From assembly GCA_018398765.1 (NCBI GenBank), contig JAHBMJ010000183.1, positions 1 through 54,514 of the forward strand: DNA of 54,514 nucleotides, read 5' to 3'. The position numbers were made by a program, and so were the translations under genes. The DNA is from Chromera velia (Eukaryota). Of this stretch, positions 11,726-26,453 are shown in pieces. Within the stretch, counting starts at the first letter, position 1. Every line of letters starts with the position of its first letter. Under the pieces are notes generated by a model that ran no database searches, was not told the origin of the DNA, and was given only the letters and a program-made list of their open reading frames with translations.

Positions 11726-14700
11726 CAGAGAGAGAGAGACAGAGAGAGAGACAGAGAGAGAGAATAGAAGAAAACAGAGAGAGAGAGAGAGACGCACCCA
11801 CCGAGTCGTGTGTGTTCACGAAACTCCGCATTTCGTCTGAAGCGAGAGGTCCGTGTATTCTTTTCTTCATGGGTTTGGCGGGCGCCTCTGCCTGCACCTT
11901 CGCCTGGAGTTTGTAGTACTCGAGTCTGTTCTGCGTGAACAAAGGCAGCCACTGATTCTTCATCGGGTCGTAGATGTCGAAGGGTCCTGGGCAACCGCCT
12001 GCATTCATCCATCGATCGATCGATCGATAAGCCACGGAGTGATTTTGTGCCTATACAAGACTCGATGGAGATATACATATATGTGTATAGAATAAGAAGA
12101 AAGACATGAGAAACTCCCAATTCTTTAATTCAGATTCTTCATCGAGTCGTGAAGATTACACGCAGAGACCGAGCAATCGCCCTAGCGAGTCTTAAGAAGG
12201 ACCTGGAGCTAGGCCTAACTTGTGGAAACAAAAACGCAGAATCCATGCGGGGTGTCAGTCAAAGAGGGAGGGCACTTTGGGTGACGGGGGAAAAGCGAGA
12301 GCAAGAAAATACAGACACACAGCTCTCATAGAGAAACGGTCATGGTCGAGAGAGAGCAACTGCGTGCGTCAAACAGAAGTCGGCCGGGGGATGAGAGGGA
12401 TGAAACGAAGGGAATATGGACGAAGTGGAACGACAACATGTCTTGTATCGGAGAAATAAGACAGAACGAAGAAAGAAAGAAACCAATTGCATCAGAGAAG
12501 GAAGAAGATGAAGAGGAAGAAGAAACAAACGACTCACGATCGCACTGAAAAGGAAGCTCGGACCATCTCCCGTCGTTGCACTGGACAGTTCCAACCTGCA
12601 ATCGCCCATCCATCCATTCACGCTTCCAACCGTCCATCCACTCTTCTTTCTTTGCATCGCCACTCGCACTCCCTTTTGCTCTTATTGCAGCTGCTGCGAT
12701 CTGTCATTTTTCTCTCCGTCTGCCTGTTTGTCTACTCGCGTTTCCAATAGACATAGCCTCACGGACATCGGGCCAAAAAGCCGCTTTTGCAACTAAGGGC
12801 AGAGTGTCTTAATTGTTCTTACGGATCGTTTCGCGTGTCATTTCTGTCTGCACCTTTTCCTACAATCTGCCTCTGTTAATACAATCACGCACCCAGTATT
12901 GTCTGAGTGAAAAAATAAATCAAGCAGAGTTGACCGACCGACCGACCGACCGACCGTATCAAAATGGTTCTGCTCGAAGTGGAAGGAATCCATTTGCCTC
13001 CAAACAGGCGAGAAACCCTTGCCGGTGTTGCAGGTGACGATATGCAGGTCGCCGTGCTGCAGTCAGGAGAGGAGTTAGGGGGCGCACAGACAGAGAGAGA
13101 GGGATATCTGATTGTGCCATAGTCGTCTTTTTTGAAACGACTCCACGCGCATACCAGAGATTTCCCCTCCACACTTCATATTCACACGTACATGTTCCCC
13201 ATGTACGGGTATGTATCCACCAGATACACAAAAAGAGCCAATGTACTGACGCGAATGTGTCCTAACTTCCCCTTTTTCTTCCTGATTGCCTGACCAGACG
13301 TGCGCGGTCGAGCATGTCCTCGTCGCCTATGATGGGCCCCCCGAGGGGGTCGAAGGCCGCCGGGTTGTTCCTAAGGATGCTCCTGACGATCTTGTAGGGA
13401 GAATTGTCGTTCTTCGTGCATTGCCGCTCTGCACACTTGTAGATCTGCGTGTCCATCTGCACGCACGTTTGCAGACAGACAGAGAGAGACAGGCAGTGAG
13501 GGAGGGAGGGATGAAGCACAGAGAAGAAAAAGACGACTTACAAGTGAAGACTCTGCAGATGAAATGACAGGACACGGAGCATTCAACGCCCTCCAAAAAA
13601 CAGGGAGCCTGCTCTCGACAGAATCTGCACACCGTCTATTGAAAATGTTCTCCTACAAGCATATTGCCGAGCTGGCTGTGTGTTTCAAATGGTTGGCCAA
13701 TTTTCCCTTGCTGCCCACTCTTCTGCGACACATGCAGAAAAGCAAAAGAAAAATGGGAGAGGGGTGAAATCAAGGAACTTTTCGTTTAGCGTGTCAGAAA
13801 GAATCTCCTCTCATTTTCGACACTTGAAGCCGCTTACTCTTTTGCTCTGCATTTTTGAGCTAGCTGTTTCTCTCTCTACCTTTTCTCGCCGTGGACACTC
13901 ATGCACGTACTTACTTTTGACTTTGAAGTCATTCTGTTGGTCTTGGAGGGCGGCTTGAAACCCTTTTCCTTCGCTTCTTTGTGGAGACTGTTGAGCTGCG
14001 CTTGCTCTGCCCTGATCTTTGACTCGTCTTTCCCTTGGTCAAAATCCTCTTGGTCTTTGATCGCGTCCTCCCATTCGGCTGCGGCATCAAATTCATTCGT
14101 TCATTCATTCATTCATTCATTCATTCAGTCAGTCAGTCAGTCAGTCAGTCATTCAGTCAGTCATTCAATCAGTCAGTCAGTCAGTCAGTCAGGCAGTCAG
14201 GAAGTCAGGCAGTCAGGCAGCCAGGCAGTCAGTCAGTCAGTCAGTCAGTCAGTCTGTTTATTTGTTTGTTTGGGTGTACACATTCTTTCGTTCGTTTGGT
14301 CTGGGTGTGTGTCTGTGTCTGTGACACACTCCATGCACAGCATTCTGCGTTAGCGTCTATGTCGTCGCTCCTGTCTTTCTCTGTTGTGTGTGATTGTACG
14401 TTCATTCTTATTGGATGGCATACGTACGCGGATGGGGCACTGACACTTCTCTCACATGAGGGCACGTTTTGTCTACTTGGGAGAGCTAGAACATTCCTCT
14501 CTCTCTAGGCAAGGCATTCTTTTTTGTATTTCTCGCTGTGTAGCCAGACTAACTGACACGCTGAGTATCTTGAGAGGGCCTTGTTGCAAGGAGAGTGGGC
14601 GTTCTGGGTGTGGTAGTCGATGCATTTGTTCCTCAAAACGGCCGTGTAGGTGGGATTACACCGCCCTGCACGCCACACAGACACTCATAACACAAAGGGG

Positions 14701-15723
14701 AATAAAAGAAAATGCTTCTATATTGAGACTGAGGCACTCGTACAGAACACCCGTGTCTGGTCAGTGAAAGAGAAAAGAGGTCTGTCCGTAAACAGACGGA
14801 TCGAGGGGGGACACATCGATGGATGGACAGGACGGCAAGGGTGTTCATGCGTCATTGAGCTTTCTGTGTATGAACACCAAGGGGACTCAAGCAGCTGTGG
14901 AGAGATGAAATCAGTAATGAAAGCAGGACTCCAACCTTTCTGAGGCTCGGAACACAGAAAGAAGCACAACTCCCTCCCTCGATCCAAACTGACTGAGGCA
15001 GAGAAGAGAAGCCGGACTCCAGTGCCCATCCAGACAAGTGACCTCCTCGAATAGACTGATGTCATGCCGCACCTGCAGGCAGGGAGGCACCATTGGTCGG
15101 TCAACAGAATGACGAGCTAAAAGAAGAAGTCAATCGTCTGAAATATAAGGTCCTCACGACCAAGATGTCCTCTCATGTGGAATGATTGCAATCTGGTGAA
15201 CATGTGTGTGTACCGTTTTTTTCCACAATCAGAATCAAAGATTCGCACTTCTTCTTTCCTTGTGCGCGCGCCTTTTCAGCCAGAGGTCTCCAAAATACAC
15301 CCATTAACGAATGCAGATCAATGACCATGCAATCTTACCAACCATCTGTCTAGCGGCAGCAGGGAAAAATCCACTACGCCTGTTCGTGTCACCCTTGCAC
15401 CTCAACAGTCGCGTTGTGCCATGAAGCACCTCGGGAAAGCTCTTCCCAGTCTCCTCCTGCATGAATCAAGAGAATGCATGCACAGTTTTTTGAACTTTCT
15501 TTTGGGTCTTTTTGGCGTCTTGGTTGCCTTCGCGTGAGTCGGAGCACACATTTTGCGCGTTGATTTGCTCTTGTTCATAGCAATTTATCTCAAAAGATGC
15601 ATGCACACCTGAATAGATGGAGAGATGAGTCAGTGAAAAGGCACACACAAGAGTGCATATCTAAGAATGAACGAAAACTCACAGGCCTTTCTTCCGTGCA
15701 GCGGAACATCAATTGCAAGCATG

Positions 15724-15760
<37 letters not shown>

Positions 15761-18700
15761 ACAGACAGAGATCTTCCTGCACACACGCACACACACACAC
15801 ACACAATCACAGACAGAGACAGAGACAGAGACAGAGAGGCAGACAGTCGCACCGTGAGGTCATCTCCTTTTGGTTCCACCAAATGATTGGTCTGGTACAC
15901 TGCGACGCGGGAGCTGTCGGGTATGTACTCCGGACAAAGCTCTGCATGCAGACACAAAGGGAATCAAGAGTTGACTCGATGCCTTCAATCCACACGTTGG
16001 GTATCGAGTGCGCCCTCGATCGGGTTCACAACTTTCAACAAGAAGCTGGCCGAACATAAAGGGAACGGAAGGTGGCCAACAGGAAAGAAGAGAGGGCAGA
16101 AAGAGTGTGACGGTCTGCAACGGGCCTCACTCGCACACAATGAATTCTCCCATGAATTGATCGTCTGCTTCTGAAAACGACGTACTGCAAGATGGAAGAT
16201 CATGACAAAATGAATTGTGCCGAGCGACTTACGCGATTCACCGTTCAGGGCATTCAACTGCTGTATCGATATCTCGACTGACTTCTGCAGACCATGGTAG
16301 ACCCAATCCACCTGCCCCCATTGCAGACGAGTCTGTCCTTCCAGGGTTCCCCTTCGACTTTCGGATAGAAGGTCTTTTGGACCTCCACGGCTCCATTGTT
16401 CTCCACAGTCATCTGACGGCAATCATCGAATGAATCAAGGGATTCATTTTTTTATTTGTAAACAGACGTGACAAAGGCGCACAAATAAAGGGAGACAGAA
16501 TGTAGAGAAAGACATGGAAATGCGCAAAAAGTGCACATCAAACACAGAGCATGCCAGTGAAAATCGACAAAGAGACAGGCAAATGCTTCCACCCCTCTTC
16601 TCCTAAATGAAATCTCTTACCGGTCCGTAGCCAGGTTTGCATTTCAGTGTCGCTGTCGCTCCTGCTTTAAGATACTCCTCCATCTCGCCATACAGATCAT
16701 ACTCGAGTTCATATTCCTGCATGCAGTTCATTTGATTGTGTACGCAAGTGTACCGAACCATGCAAGAGACTTGAACAGGCGGTGTGCACAAATGAATGAA
16801 GAGATCCACATGATGCACATAGAGAGACTTTCCTGCAATCTGTCTGGGTGATCGATCTTCAGTTAAAAAACAAGGTAGGAGAATAGAGCAATCATTTTGT
16901 GCATCCGCACACAAAGAGACTGAGGGAGGCGTGGGGGAACCCAGGTGGCAAAGAGGCTCCAAAGGAAGACATCAACACAACGACTCAACCGACCAACCTT
17001 CGAATCCACAAGGTGATGAATACCCTCGTCTTCCTCAAAAAACTGGCAAGACTCTGCAAACAATTCAGATAGGGGACAAGCACAGTGTCCTCACTTGCGA
17101 GGGCTGGTGTCATTTGATATCTGGTGAAAGGCTTATCTTGGCTGCGTTATCATTCCTGGAGCAAGGCAACGAAACAAACACTAGAAGATTAACTACTGCG
17201 TCCCGTCCTTTTCTCCCCTCACCAGCTTGAGTATTCACATCCATCAGACACACAAAGAGATGGACTGACTGTCGCAAGCGATTGAGGGAAACTCCCACCG
17301 TCCGTGAATGCAGGTCAACTCCTCGGTGGCGTTCCAAATTGAACTTCTAGAGGAGTACCGACTGTCGATGTTGCACCGAATCTGCAAACGGCCACACGAT
17401 CAATCACGAAAAAACGTGAGCGCACTCACGGCATCCACACCCACAGCATTCATTTTTATTCACAACGTTCTTTTTACTGTGCATCAAAATGAATGAATGA
17501 ATGAATGAATGAATGAGAGCTCACTCACGGCGTCCACACCCACAGACGCTTGTATACACAAGAAACATGTCTTTCACCGACGGCACCCACGGACAGAAAA
17601 AAAAAAAACAAGAGAGAAGCAGAAGGAGAGGATGAGTACAAGGCGGAGAACACGAACAGGAGTTTATGCGAGGGACAGAGAGAAAAACGGGAACAGCAAT
17701 AGAAAAAAAGACTTCCTTCCTCTTTCCGACCGACCTCGACTTTGCTTCCATGGGGGGCTGTGAGTCCCCTTCTCCACTCGATGTCGTCTGGCACAATCAT
17801 TTTGAGTTTGTGAAGTTTCGGATTGAAGTTTCGCCATTGGGTTTCGAAGGGAGGGCACTTGGCTGCACAAACCATGTATGATCGGTAGTACCGATCCATT
17901 GAAGTTTGCTTCACAGACACACGCGCACACACGGAGAGTGAGAGAGAAAGTCAGAGATCCAATTCTCAATATTCAGGCGGACACGTTTCCTTTGTGCGGC
18001 GACGGTGGACAACCCTTTCCTCTCATTGCCTTCTTTTGCTCTTCCTCCCTGTATGCATGCATCTGTGTTTAAGTAGGGGAAAGCAAAGTCGAATAAACTC
18101 CAAAGAAAAAACGAATCAAAAGAATTCACCCCCTCGAGATCCACTCCCCTTACCATTCCATTCCATTACGCGCACGCGCGCGCGCGCGTGTGTGTGTGTG
18201 TGTGTGTGTGTGCACTATGGGAGCAAGAAACAACAGAAGAATGAATTAGCACGAGCTCCTCTCCCCCCCGCTCCCGTTTCTTCCCCTCCCCTCCTCACAC
18301 ACCCATGCACTCCCCTCACCATTGCATTGCAAATCGACTCTTTGCATCATGCCGTTGTTGCACGAGATTTGAACGTTCGAAGGAGAGATGGCCCCGGCAG
18401 ACTGCCCATACCCAGCGGCGCACATCACGTTGACGGTGTGGCCGTGCCGGAGTCCGGTGGGGAACTCTAGCGCCAGGCTGACGGCATGCAGGCGAGCAGG
18501 CAGACAACGGCAAGCAGCATGCACAAACGCTTTAAGCAGAGATGGAGGAAAGAATGAGTCCAGGAAAGAAAAGAAGAACGTGGCAGGCACACGTACATGG
18601 AAATGCAAAGCGACCTCCATTTCACAATTAGACATACACAGTTGAAGGCAGATGGATGGAAGGAAGGGCAACATCTCAATTCAAGCTTTCGCTGCAAATA

Positions 18701-18988
18701 GGTCATCCTCTAGCTGTGGGAGTTGCATTGTCTTTTTCTCTTTCGCCTTTAGTGGAGTGTTTTTCGCACCTCGACACACCGATGGGCACTGCGCAATTGA
18801 GCAAGCAAGCGATCAAATAAGCAAAACTTTGCCTGAGAGTGATGAACTGATGAGTGTTTTTGTGGCAGATCAAGAAAGGGCCTGACAAACGAACCGCGCA
18901 AGTGAGGGGAAGTACTCGTAGCCGAGGCCCTTGGAGACTGGAAGAGGGCACCTTCCTGTACAGACACACAGACACACACAAAAGAATG

Positions 18989-19029
<41 letters not shown>

Positions 19030-20072
19030 ACACACAGAGAGAGAGAGAGAGAGACTGACTGTAGCAGACGATTCTTCTGTCCATCCAGACCCCGTGGATG
19101 CACTCCAGAATCTCATGGTCGAACATCACAGGTGTGCCGTCTGCCAGGGCAGCAGTCGAGAGTTGCTCCTCGCACCTCACGTTGACCATCGACCTTTCCT
19201 GTGTGGTCCCCCCAATCCGCGTGTAGATGTACCCCTCTTCCTGTCTGGAGAACTCGGGACACTTGGCTGCATGCGGAAATAATTATATGAATGAAGCGGG
19301 GCACGAAGAACACGAAAGGCTCTGTGCATAGAAATCAGAACACTAAGGCAAACCGAGGTAAGTCAAAAGCGTCGAGAGACAGCGAAAGAAAAATTGTTTG
19401 CGGCCTGGCGTGCAAAATTCATGCTTTGTGCCGAACCTGAACGCATCTTCTCTCTCTAGCTTTCATGTATGCACTGTTGCAAGTTATCCGACATGTAGTA
19501 CATGGAAAGGCGCCCGTTTCGGCCGAAAGGAATACAAAAAGACAGACACAGGGAGAGAGGGACAGCTTTACGAACAGAAAAGCGAATGGAATCAGAGACA
19601 AGCTTGTGGAAAGAAGCCCCGCGACGTACCTCTACAGAAGATGGAGACCTTCTGAAAGGCGCCATTGAGACACACATTTATTTTCATGCAGAATACAGAA
19701 GAATGCAGAAAAAGAGACGTACCTCTACAGAAGATGGAGACCTTCTGAAAGGCGCCATTGAGACACGAGAGCACTTGAACGTTCTCCCTGTCCAAAGGCT
19801 CCGCGTCGTCTCTGCACTCTACGCGCACCATCCCCCCTGGCTTTGTGGCCTCCTCTACCGTCCCGACAGTTCGAACAATGTACCGCCCTCCCATTTTCAC
19901 CACATCTTGTCTGAGTCCATCTAGGTTGCAGGGGGCTGCAGGGAGACAAGCAGGCAGGCAGGAAGGAAATGAAAGGAAAAGAGGAGACATACATTTGCAT
20001 CATCTGGAATTTCCATCACAGATGAGAGAAGAAGCAAAACCTCAAAAAAGAATCAAAAGGAAAGCGAAGGGA

Positions 20073-20107
<35 letters not shown>

Positions 20108-23100
20108 CGCTGACTGACGGTGGCATCGCAACAGCGGCATGCTGAACGTTCCCCATCTGCACTTCATCTCCCCCATGTTCTCCTCGTTGGCCGTTCCTGG
20201 AACCGGGAAGGTGCCGTCCTCGCACTTCACGTTCAAATCGACCCCATGGGACATCGGCAGGCCCCTCCACTGCATCTCTGGCCCTGTGTTTTCGTATCCC
20301 ACAACGCGCATGTGGGACTTTGAGTGGATTGGCACATCCTCTGGCCGGCAGTCCTCTGTAGGCAGGCAGGAGGCAGATCATCCGAGAGGTCGATAAGTGA
20401 GTGGAATGATTTGCAGGGAACGAGGTCAATATGGAACAAGGGGGCGGTTTGTGGGAAATGCAAGAAAGAATCTGTAAGTGGAGAAATGAGAACCATCAAG
20501 ATGCAATGTATGTATAAGAGAGGAGGAGGGCTAGGAGCAGGGTGAGAAAATTCGCGAGCTTGCGTGTAAGTCAAATGGAAAGGGCGAAGGACACACGCAC
20601 CTGCGCAGACAAGCCAGAGCTTTGAGAATTCGCCGTCGTCGCAGAGGACGGGAGAGGGCTCCGATCCACTCGAAGGACGCCAGCCGTCCGCGCACTCGAC
20701 GTACATCTTGCTTCCATGCGGAATGCGGGCACTGTTGAGGGACACGCGAGGGGGGGTCTCCGTGAGGTTATAGCCCCAAGGGGGGAAGTAGAGGCGGGGG
20801 TCATCATCCGGTCCTGTCGCCTTCTTCTGTTGGATGCAGGACTCTGCAGAGGTAGGGGGAGAAGCAATTTTGCGTGCGTTAATGAACTGTTTTGTTTTCA
20901 GCTTGTACACACAAAGGTTCGCATGGAGCTGTGCCACAGCTGCACAGACGTCGCATCGTCTTCTCTTCTTCGGTGTAGGAAGAGTGGGAAAAGAGGAACA
21001 GAAAATGAATGGCTTTGAAAAGCATTAGAGACGAAAGAGGACGAAGATAGAACGAATCCGCTGGCCATACAGTACCGGAGCAGGCAACAGGGCAAGGTCG
21101 AGAAAAAGAGACAAAAAGTGCTTAAAGCCTCGCAAACAGAGAGAGAGACACATGCAGACTAACTCTTGCACTGAAGGTCAAAACGCATCCACGCGCCGTC
21201 TTCACAAAGCGCAACGCCCGTTTTTTCTTTCGTGATAGGATGCTGGAAGTTCGTCTCATTGCAGACGACGCGGAGGGCGTGACCGTGATGTGCCGTCTCG
21301 TTTGGCCCCACAGGATTCTCAATCACGTATCTGCAGACATCAAAATCAGAAATAACGAGACGAAGAATGATTTTCAGTCACTTCGCCACTATGCATTTCC
21401 ACACAAAGACCGGTCTTTAGTAAATGGCTATAGAAAGTAGGGGAAGTCGTGTCCAAGAAGAGAAGCGTATGGAAAAATGTTCACGGAAAAGAGGAGGGAG
21501 AAAAGCCTGGACGACTCAGAAAGAAGAGGACGGAGACCGGAAAGTGGAAGGCAAATTTACGACGAATCCAAAAGGCAAAAAAGAAACAAAAGGAAAGAAC
21601 AAGAAAGACCCCCCGGAAAGCCACAGACAAACAAACCTGTTGTTTCGGATGTCGTCTGGGAGCATCTTGAAATCCGGGCAGTCCTCTGCAGATAGAGAGA
21701 GAGAATGTGTAAACGCATTTTATTTCATACAAAAAAAAAAAGAATTCCGGGAAGTCCTCTGCAGATAGGGAGAGAGAATGTGTGAAAAGGAGAAACAAAT
21801 CTCAATGTACACAAGCAAGAATGGCCTGGGGATACGAGAACACATGAGAAGCGCAGGCGGTTTCGTCGGGATAAAGCTGGACTGATTGAAGCTCCTTGAA
21901 TCCGGTTGAAGAGGCAAATGTGGAAACAAAATGGTTCAGCTGGTTATCCATGAGAAAGTTGGCGAGGAACCAGGATGGGGCAAGTCAGTTCTTGTGAGGA
22001 GGGGGGAAAACCTTTATTGGAAATGATGCACTATGCGTGTATCCACTGTCACGATTCAATCCGACCCCACTGTTGCCAACGAGCATCGACAATTTGAGTA
22101 CTTACATGCATACCTATACAAGCACACGCTCACATTTTTGTGTGTGCAAGCAAATGAACACACATTGCTGTAAACACCATCAGACGCACTCACTGACTCT
22201 TGCAGACAAGTGTCAAAGGTTCCCACTCTCCGTCTGAGCACGTGAGCGTCTGTTGCTGCGCCACCTTCCCCGTGAGGCTTTTGGGTCCCTCCACTCCGTA
22301 GTGGCCCTCCGTGCACATGACCTTGATGCTGTCTCCGTGCTGCGCGCCTGCGTGGTCCTTGCTGAGTTGGTATCTCACGAGGTCGGGGGCAGGCATTTTG
22401 TTGCATCCTCCTGCACAAATACATCCATCGTGGAATGAAGGGGGGGGGTGCTTTCAATGGTCATGGTTGGGGTGACCTGTCCGGCTGGAAGTTCGGATTG
22501 AGTGCAAAATAAAAGGTCCTTATGACTTGCTTCCGTAAAAAGAGGCCTCTTGGGGAAGTGTGCATGTTGGTGCGCTCTATTTTCAGCATTTCCGCGCAAA
22601 AGAAGGGAAAATGTATGTAAATTTCCACTTGCGTTTTCCAGTGCATCTCAGAAACACTTCAGGAAAGTGCTTGCAATGAGGCAAGAAAGGCCACAAGAAC
22701 ACGAAAAGAACAAAAACAAAAAGGGAAAAGAACCACTCTATTTCCGTTTGTCTGCTTGCTCGCTCGTTACAAAACCGAAAATGTTACGACTGTTTCTCTC
22801 TGTCTGTATAGCTTTCATTTCCTCTTCCCCAGAAGAAGAAAACCCGACTGACTCATGCAGAGGAGCGTCAACGGTGAGAACATTCCATTGACGCACGCAA
22901 CCTGCGCAGTGTTGTACCCCGTGTCTTCCGGTTTGGACTCCTTACACCCCTTTCCCCCGTCGCACTTGACAGGGGAGAACCCTGCTTCGGTGTCACACTG
23001 GAACCTCCAAACCGCTCCGTGGGAGGTGTACGGTCTGTTCGGGTTGCTGCCGTCGTGCACAAGCTCGCGACTGTACCCTCTTCTTGCATTGGGCAGGTCA

Positions 23101-26100
23101 CCCTCGGCGCAATCGCCTGCAATGCGAAAGAAGAGGAAAGGGAAAATGCTTATTCTGGGAGGCAACAGACAATTAAGGGAAAAAAGGGGACAAGGGCGAA
23201 AGAAAGGAAAGAGTGGAAGAAGGGAGAAGGAGATGGATGTGAAAAAGAAGAGGAAAGGAGGGAGTCAAAAAAAGAAAGCAGGACGGAATGACACAAGCGA
23301 GGAAAGCAGCATATTAGGTAGCAAGGCTTCGCACTCTCACTAACGTCGGCAGATGAGGGTCCGTGCCGTCCACAATCCGTTGACGCATCGCACCACCTGC
23401 ACGCGTTCCTCTGTGGCTGATGAGGCCCTGTCTGCGCAGGTGATTTCTCTTTCATTGCCGTGTTCTGTCCCCCTGCCCTTCACCGAGTACTCTGGGAAAT
23501 GTTCCAGCTCTGTGTACTCTGGACACAGCGCTGCAAGAAAACGAAATTATCAGAAAGGTTATTGTGTTGCCTTCTCTTTCATTCACAAAAAAGGGAAAGA
23601 ACAAGGAGCAAGGATGCATCAAAAACATGGAAGACTCAGAAACACAGGCGCCTCCCTAACCAACACACGCATTCATAGTCTCGACTGAATGGGTGGAAAT
23701 CGGAACAACAAACTGCGACAAGCTACCACCATAAGACGTGGTAGTCTCAGTGCAGATATAAATCGGTTCAACGATTAAGTCTAATGTTTACAGAAAGTCG
23801 AATGAAAAGGAACTTACGAGCGCAGGCCAGCGTCCTAGCAGACCATTCCCCCTCAATGCATCGAAGAACGTCAACTGCTGCTGCTTCGTTGGCCACCTCT
23901 GCATCCTCCCCCTCGCCCTGTAGGGACAAGCAAAGGTTGACATGCAGCGTTTGATCTTCGGTGGGTCTCTTCCTCGCTCTTCCTTTTTTGCATCCCTTCC
24001 TTTTGTTTTGTCTCTTCTCTTTTTTCTCTTTTCTTTTTTCTGCTTTTCTTGTCTTCTTTCCGTCTCCGCGCCTCTTGCACAAAGAAAAAGAGAACACAAA
24101 AAAAGGCAGGGAGCAAGCAAAGATAGGGGCGGTCCCATCTGACAGTTTTCTTTTCCATTCCCGCCCTATACTCAGTCTCCTTCTTTCTGAAACCTCCAGC
24201 GACCAGAGAAACGCAGAATGCTAGAAGTAAGGCAACGACGTGTCAAATGGCCCACGTAATTGATCTGTGTCTCTTCTTTTTTGTTCTGTTCATGGCTGCC
24301 TCCCCATTGTCCCCCTCACCCACCTGCAGGAGACTCGAGGAGGAGAAGTTTGCTGCACACACAATGTTGGCCTCTGCGCCCGGATCAAATTTGAGACGGT
24401 CTTTCATTTCCATTGCCGGTGTGAAGGTCTCCTTGCCGGGATCCCGGAAGGCGACCTCGTAGGCTGGACTGCTGAGAATGTCCATGATGTCTTCACGGGA
24501 ACAGACCTCTGCAGGCAGGCAGGCAAGGAGAAGGAAATTGTTGCATACGTGCACAAATGCAGCTATTTGAATATATATGTGTGTGTGCGCGCGCGTGTAC
24601 GCGCGCGTGCGTGTGGATGCAGGAGTGTACGCAATGTCTCGATTTTTGTGCTTTCTGTTGGATACAGGGATGGATGAAGTCCAAAAAAAGATTGAGCACC
24701 GTTCTCCACATCTAAACATGCGTCTGAATCACCCGACGCCCCTCCGTTACTCTGCGGTTGTCTAAGTTTGGCTGTGACAGCTGTCTGTCTTTTCCATGTG
24801 GCCGCATAAGAGCCGTCCATGCACCTTCCTGGAGAAAGGAGAGAGAGACTGACTTTCACATGTGAGGAGCAGTGAAGAGAAGAATGAGAGCTCGACTCTG
24901 TCTGCCTGCTGGAGGTCTGGGTCACCCAAGCAGCTGATCTGCTGCTCCTTCCCGATCTCGCTCTCGATTGCTCGGAAACCCTTCTTTTTGTTGCACCTGC
25001 ACACATGAACACATAAACATGGTTGTATACGTACATGAAAAACACAGAGAGACATACCCATGAACGAGGACTAACATGCACCCCCCCACGTGTACACGTA
25101 ATTTCTGTATTGCACACACACGCATGTACACATGCAGTGGGGTAAACCTCCACGAGCACGCACTCGCATACACCCACCCACACGAGACATTCAAAAATAC
25201 ACGCTCACACACATATATTCAAAGAGGTCACCACATGCGAAGAAAAGTAAATCTGAAAGGGCCTATGCTTCAAGTGTTTATTATGAAACCGCAAAAAACA
25301 AAATCCAGTTGATCGCATATTTTGTCTGTTGTATCTTTCAGTACTCGTATTTGTCAGCTCGACTTTCAGGCACCTTATCCCCGTCTGTGTTTCTTTGAAC
25401 ACCTTCCCCTCTCTCGATCTGCAGCTGACTTGACGTTAATCTTCGTTCCATAAGAGATCTCTCGAGGCAGAGATCCGGCAATGGTCTTTCCCTCCGTGTC
25501 GGTCATCTGGGGGATGTAGGGGCCGTGGCAGCCCGATCCGTCAGGCATGGGGTCGCATAATTTTGCGTAGAGGTCCGTTGTCGGGCAGTTCTCTGCAGTG
25601 TGGAATTTGAAAGAGAGCAGAGATGGGCAGGCAGGCAGACAGGGACGTATGAGATTGGCTGGACTGCCGCAACACAAAAGAACTCCAGCGGGTAACACGA
25701 GAAGGTTTTTGAAGAACGACGACGGATCTCTATCCAGACATGCCTGGCTGGCTTTTCTTTGCAAGAACAAAAACAAGGTCGTTCGATGATTTGTCGCATC
25801 ACTTGGATCCCGGACTCAGTGGAAGTCTCCACAAAGGTTCCTAGAGTGCTATCTTTTCTTTTCCCTTCTGCTGGTCTCCTTTTTCTTTTTCTTTTAGAAC
25901 AGCATGATATGGAATGCTGGTCAAAGATCCTATTTGCCAGACTGCTGACTCACTGACGTTTGCACACGAGCGTCTGCAGTGACCATTCTCCGTCGATGCA
26001 GAGAAGCTTCTCTTTCCGAGAGACCCCCACAGGGCTATATCCAACCTTGCAGCTGATCTCACGAAACGCGTCGGCACCGAAACCAGAGTCCTGCCCACCA

Positions 26101-26419
26101 GATATGTTGTACGCCTTTTTGTCGTCCAACGAGAACATTGGACAACGACCTGCTCGGAGCGACAAAGAAGGAAATTCGAATATTGAGAAAAACACACAAA
26201 TATAAATTGGCCCGTCCTTCGCAGGAGATCAGGAATCCTGCCTAACGCGTCATCGAAACAACAAAGAAAAAGGCAGGCGCTCATGAGAAACAGATTCACT
26301 GAAGAACGAAGATCACACTCGCAGTTGGAAGAAACGAAGTATCGATCCTCCTTACGACCCAACAAACGTGGGCAGACAGTTGACCTCAAGAATATTCCTG
26401 CATCTGATTCATGGACGTG

Positions 26420-26453
<34 letters not shown>

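Noticed and set aside
11284..12120. Long ORFs rich in [16 protein letters not shown] (also 5131-5808, 13901-14508, 18703-19282 and others)
   Set aside because: These are translations of stop-free microsatellites in introns, not proteins.
17416..17600. Repeated actcacggc(a/g)tccacacccacag motif, considered as another splice-junction duplication
   Set aside because: It lies wholly inside an intron between the exons ending ~17735 and starting ~17383, so it was not counted in that pattern.
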